Shown in pieces: positions 15,401-21,400 of a stretch of 64,000 nt of DNA. Every line of letters starts with the position of its first letter. Position 1 is the first letter of the stretch. A program made the translations under genes and the position numbers. Origin of the DNA: Burkholderiales bacterium (GTDB lineage: Bacteria; Pseudomonadota; Gammaproteobacteria; Burkholderiales; JACQAP01); assembly GCA_035549715.1 (NCBI GenBank), contig DASZQJ010000092.1, positions 2,735-66,734 of the forward strand, written 5' to 3'. A model generated the notes under the pieces. That model was given only the letters and a program-made list of their open reading frames with translations, was not told the DNA's origin and did not search any database.

Positions 15401-18400
15401 ACGACGTGTTCACCATCGACTTCGACCGGCAGCAAGGCCCGGTCGGCGGCAATGACACGATCATCGGCGGCGAGGACGGCATCGGCAACATCATGCTGGG
15501 CGGCGGCGGCAACGACATCCTGCGCGGCGGCTCCGGCAACGACGTCATCCTGGGCGACGGCGGCTACGTCTACCGCAATGCCGCCTCGATCGTGACCCGC
15601 GTCGAGACCCGGTCCCCGGGCATCGGCGGCGTGGACGACATCGAAGGTGGCGCCGGCACGGACGTGATCATGGGCGGCGCCATGGGCGACACGATCAATG
15701 CGCCCTCCGGTGGCAAGATCATCCTGGGCGACAACGGCGTGGCGGTCCTCGACGGCGACAACCGTGACGTCTACAGCACCGACTACGACATCGGCGGCGA
15801 CGACGAGATCCGTGGCGGTGAGGACGGCCTGGGCAACATCATCATCGGCGGCGCCGGCAACGACACCAAGCTGTTCGGCGGCTCCGGCGACGACGTGATC
15901 CTGGGCGACAACGGCTACGTGCAGCGCGCGGCCGACGGCACGCTGATCCAGGTGCGCACCATCGCCCCGGGCATCGGCGGCGCCGACATCATCGAAGGCG
16001 GCGCGGGCACGGACGTGATCATGGGCGGCGCGATGGGCGACAAGATCACCGCGCCTTCCGGCGGCAAGATCATCCTGGGCGACAATGGCGTGGCCAACTT
16101 CGCCGGCGACGATCGCGACGTCTACTCGACCGATCCCGACATCGGCGGGGCGGACGAGATCATCGGCGGCGCCGATGGCGTGGGCAACATCATCATCGGC
16201 GGCGCGGACAGCGACACCAAGCTGTTCGGCGGCTCCGGCGACGACGTGATCCTGGGTGACAGCGGCTATGTGCAGCGTGCGGCCGACAAGTCGCTGGTCA
16301 AGGTCTACACCATCGCCCCGGGCGTGGGTGGCAAGGACGTGATCGAGGGCGGCGCCGGGACCGACGTCATCATGGGTGGTGCCGACGACGACAGGATCAC
16401 CGCCCCGACCGGCGGCAAGATCATCCTGGGCGACAACGGGGTGGCGAACTTTGCCGGCCCGGACCGCGACGTCTACTCCACGGACGAGGACATCGGCGGC
16501 GTCGACCTGATCATCGGCGGTGCCGACGGGGTGGGCAACATCCTGATCGGCGGCGCCAAGGGCGACACCATCAGCGGCGGCACGGGCGATGACGTCATCC
16601 TGGGCGACAGCGGCTATGTCCGCCGCGACGCGACCCGCAAGCTCGTGGAAGTGCACACGACGGCCCCGGCCATCGGCGGCGCGGACCACATCGAGGGCGG
16701 TGCCGGCTTCGACATCATCATGGGCGGCGCGGACGGCGACTTCATCAATGCGCCCACCGGCGGCAAGATCATCCTGGGCGACAACGGCCAGGCAAACCTC
16801 GCCGGCCCGGATCGCAATGTGTTCTCCACGGACGAAGCGATCGGCGGCGTCGACATCATCGTCGGCGGCAAGACGGGCGAGGGCAACATCATCATCGGCG
16901 GCGCAATGGGCGACGAGATCTCCGCGGGCACGGGAGACGACGTCATCCTTGGCGACAGCGGCCGCGTGGTGCGCCGGGCCGACGAGACCCTGGTGCGCGT
17001 CGAGACGACCGCCCCGGGCATCGGCGGGGCGGACAACATCCAGGCCGACGACGGCTTCGACGTGGTCTTCGGCGGCGCCGACGGCGACAACATCCAGGCG
17101 GGCCTCGACGCCAGCCGCGACGTGGTCGTGGGCGACAATGGCTACGCGGTGTTTGACGCCGGCGAGGTGCTCACCGAGATCCGCAGCACGGACGAGAACA
17201 TCGGCGGCGACGACAACATCCTCGTCGGCGACGGTGACGACTTCGTGATCGGCGGCATCGGCAGCGACTACATCAACATGGACCGCGCCACCGGCCTGCC
17301 GATCGGCAGCGACAACGGCAAGGACACGATCATCGGCGACAACGGCTACGCCCGCTTCGACTCCGTCGGCGGCAAGAGCCTGATCCGGGAGATCCGCACC
17401 ACCGCACCGCAGTACGGCGACCGCGACTTCATCTTCGCGGGCAACGGCCAGGACGTGGTGCTGGGCGGCAGCGGCGGGGACTTCATCGACGCGGGCATCG
17501 ACGGCAGCCGCGACATCGTGCTGGGCGACAATGGGGAGGCGTTCTTCAGCCCGACCGAGGTGCTGCTCACCATCCGCACCACGGACCCGACTTTCGGGGG
17601 CGACGACGACATCCGCACCGGCGACGGCGCGGACATCGTGCTGGGCGGTGCTGGCAACGACCTCATCCTGGCGAGCGGGGCGACCGGCTTCCAGGACGCA
17701 CGCGACCTGATCGCCCAGGGCAAGTACAACCAGCTGGATCCGGGTGATGCCGTGCGCGACATCGTGCTCGGCGACAACGGCGAAGCCAACTTCAACGCGG
17801 CCGGCGTGCTGCAGAACGTGAAATCCACCGATACCACGATCGGCGGCGATGACACCATCGTCACCGGCCGCGGCGACGACATCGTGATCGCCGGCATGGG
17901 CAGCGACAAGGTGCTGGCCGATGGCGGCGACGAGGTCCCGGACATGGTCATCGGCGACAGCGGCTACGCGACCTTCGACGGCAGCGCGGCCTTCCTGCCG
18001 GGCGAGGACGAGAAGATCCTGAGCTTCAATTTCACGGGTGCCGACAAGGGCGTGCTGACCGGCGTGGCCGGTGCCGGCGCCGCCCGGGCGGGCAACTGGA
18101 ACAACCTCAACGGCGGCGGCTATCGCGTCTACGGCGACGATGCGGGCGAAATCCTGTACTTCGACGACGGCTCGATTGCCCCCGGCATCGGCATCCAGTG
18201 GGGCGCGGACCTCGATTCGACGTCCAGGCACGACCCGAACAAGCTGCACCTGGAGGACCACCACCAGATCAACCCGGGTTCCAACCAGGACAAGACGCTG
18301 TTCGACGGCTACCTGACGTCCAACTCCAACGACACCGTGGGCGTGGACATCAGCGGCCTCAGCAGCCACTTCAAGTCCTACGACGTCTATGTCTACCTGG

Positions 18401-21400
18401 ACATGGACGACAGTGACAGCAAGTCCGGCACGTCCGTGCGCAGCATCGACGGCAACGGCCTCAAGTACTACCTGAACGACCCGGATGGCAACACGTTCAC
18501 GGGCACGTATGTCGAGGTGACGTCGACCACCGCCAGCGGCGCCCAGAAGGGCAACTACGTGGTGTTCCGGAACGTGACTTCGGACACGTTCAAGATCCGC
18601 ATCGACGACATCGACCCGAGGAACCAGGGCAACAAGCCCGGCGTCACGGGCGTGCAGGTGGTGGGCAGGAGCAACCCGATCGACCGCATCGAATCCATCG
18701 ATTCGGCCTCGGGCGGTGACGACATCATCCTCACGGGGGGTGGAGACGACATCGTGTTCGGCGGCGCCGGCAACGACATCATCAAGACGGCCGGCAACGC
18801 GGCCTACGGTGCCATCGACAACGACATCGTGGCGGGCGACGACGCGCGGGCGACGTTCATGAACGGCGAGTTGCGCAGCCTCGTCACGCTGGATGCCGAG
18901 ACCAATGCCAACGGCCCGGCCGGACGCTTCAATGACACGATCTGGACCGGCAACGGCGACGACGTGGTCATCGGCGGCAACGGCTCCGATTTCATCAATA
19001 CCACGGTGACGGCCGACGATTACGACTACGGCAACGTGTCGGTGATCAGCATGAAGTTCAACAGCCAGGTCGACCAGGGCGGCGTCACGGGCACCGCGGG
19101 TGCGGTGGCGGCCGACAACTGGAACAACCTGGCGAGCGCCGGCAAGGGCGCACAGGCCGGTCTGCTCGATGACGACGGCGGTTCGACGGGCGTCAAGGTC
19201 ACCTGGGGCGAGGAGCAGTACAACTACAAGACCAAGTCCTACGAGCTCACGGCGACGACCGACCGCGACACGCACGACCTGATCGACCCGTCTTCGCAGA
19301 ACGAACGCCTGTTCGAAAGCTCCATCGAGCGCGACGACTGCACGCTGGGTGTGGACCTGACGGGCCTGGGCTCGCTGGGAACCTACGACGTCTACGTGTA
19401 CTTCGACAGCGACGAGGCCGACAACCGCAACCAGGGCACCGCCGCGATGAAGATCACCGCGGGCGGCGTCAGCTACTACGTCAACGACCCGAAGGGCAAC
19501 ACCTTCGACGGGGAGTTCGTCGACGCGACGTCGACTGACAGGTACGCGCCGGGCGTGGGCAACTATGTCGTGTTCCGCGGCCTCACGCTCGACCAGCTCA
19601 AGATCCGCATCTCTGGAGACGAGTCGCTCGGGCGCTTTGCGGACGGACGGCCCACCATTTCCGGGATCCAGATCGTGTCCGGGGCCGACCGCGCCGGCGT
19701 CATCGACCAGCCGGCCGGCAAGATCGGTGGCGATTTCGACAACGACGTGGTGCTGGGCGACAACGCCGCCATCAACTGGTTCCATGGCCAGATGTACGAG
19801 GTCACGGCCACGAACCCGGTGGCGACGGTCCCCGATTCCGGCTTCCAGGCCGACACGATCGAAACGGGCGTGGGGGCGGACGTCGTCATCGGCGGCAACG
19901 GCGACGACAAGATCAAGGGTGGCGAGGGCAACGACCTGCTGCTCGGGGACAATGCCCACCTGCTGATGGACAACTCCCTGCTGCTCGGCCTGGGCGACTT
20001 CGACGAGGACAACTGGGACGACGGGCACCACCACCACGACCACTGGCACCACCATGACCACTGGCACCACCATCACTCGCACTTCAACCCCTACGACATC
20101 ATGGGGGTCGAACTGCTCAACGAGGACATCGGCGGCAACGATACGATCGAAGGCGGCCAGGACGACGACCTGATGTACGGCCAGGCCGGCGCCGACACCT
20201 TCGTGTTCGCGGGCTCGGAGCTGGGCGAGGATGCGGTGGTCGAGGCCGGCACGGACTTCCACGGCGATGACCATTGGGACTGGAACTTCGACTTCTGGCA
20301 CTGGGGCTATGACGCCCATGGCCATGACCATCATGACCACGATTACCACGGTCCCAACGACGTGGGTGACACGCTCGACTTCAGCCAGTTCAGCGGCCCG
20401 ATCAGCGTCGACCTGGGTGTTTCGCACGAGCAGACCGTCAGCGCGGGCAACCTCAAGCTGACGCTGTTCCACGGCGATGCCATCGAGAACGTGATCGGCA
20501 GTGAGTTCGCCGACTGGATCGACGGCAACGACCGCGACAACGTCATCCTCGGCCTGGGCGGCAATGACAGGATCAACGGCCAGGACGGCTACGACTTCAT
20601 CGACGGCGGCGACGGCGCCGATGAGATCAATGGCGGCGGTTACGGCAAGGGCCACTACGGGCACCAGTACTGCCACAGCTACTTCTACCTGTACGGCCAC
20701 TATTGGTATCGCGACGGGGATGAATCCGACGTGCTGCTGGGCGGCGCAGGCAATGACAAGATCTGGGGCGCCGGCGGCAACGACACCATCGAGGGTGGCG
20801 ACGGCGACGACCTGATCTATGGCAACGGCGGCGCCGACAGGATGTACGGCGGGGCCGGCAACGACAGGATGTACGGCAACGCCAGCGACGACTGGATGGA
20901 CGGCGGCGACGGCAACGACTGGCTGTATGGCGATGGCGGCAACGACACGCTCTACGGCGGTGCCGGCAACGATGTCATCTACGGCCAGAGCGGCAACGAC
21001 TGGATGGACGGCGGCGACGGCAACGACACGCTTTGGGCGGACGGCGGCAACGACGTCCTGCTCGGCGGTGCCGGCGACGACCTGCTGTACGGCCAGAGCG
21101 GCGACGACCTCATGGACGGCGGCGACGGCAACGACCAGCTGTGGGGCGACACCGGCCGCGACATCCTCAAGGGCGGCAGCGGCAACGACAAGCTCTACGG
21201 CGGCCGCGACGACGACGTGCTCAACGGCGGTGATGGCGACGACTACCTCGACGGCGAAGGCGATGACGACATCCTGCTCGGCGGTGCCGGAAACGACACC
21301 CTGAAGGGCAACGACGGTGACGACGTGATCCTCGGCCAGGACGGCAACGACACGGTCGACGGCGGCTGCGGCCGTGACCTCGTCGACGGCGGCGATGGCG

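Noticed and set aside
15250-17110. Regularly spaced ~350-bp direct repeats that could superficially suggest a repeat array, CRISPR or satellite
   Set aside because: The repeat periods are multiples of 3 and lie in frame within the giant ORF. They have no spacer/repeat architecture and encode a conserved Ca-binding-type protein unit.
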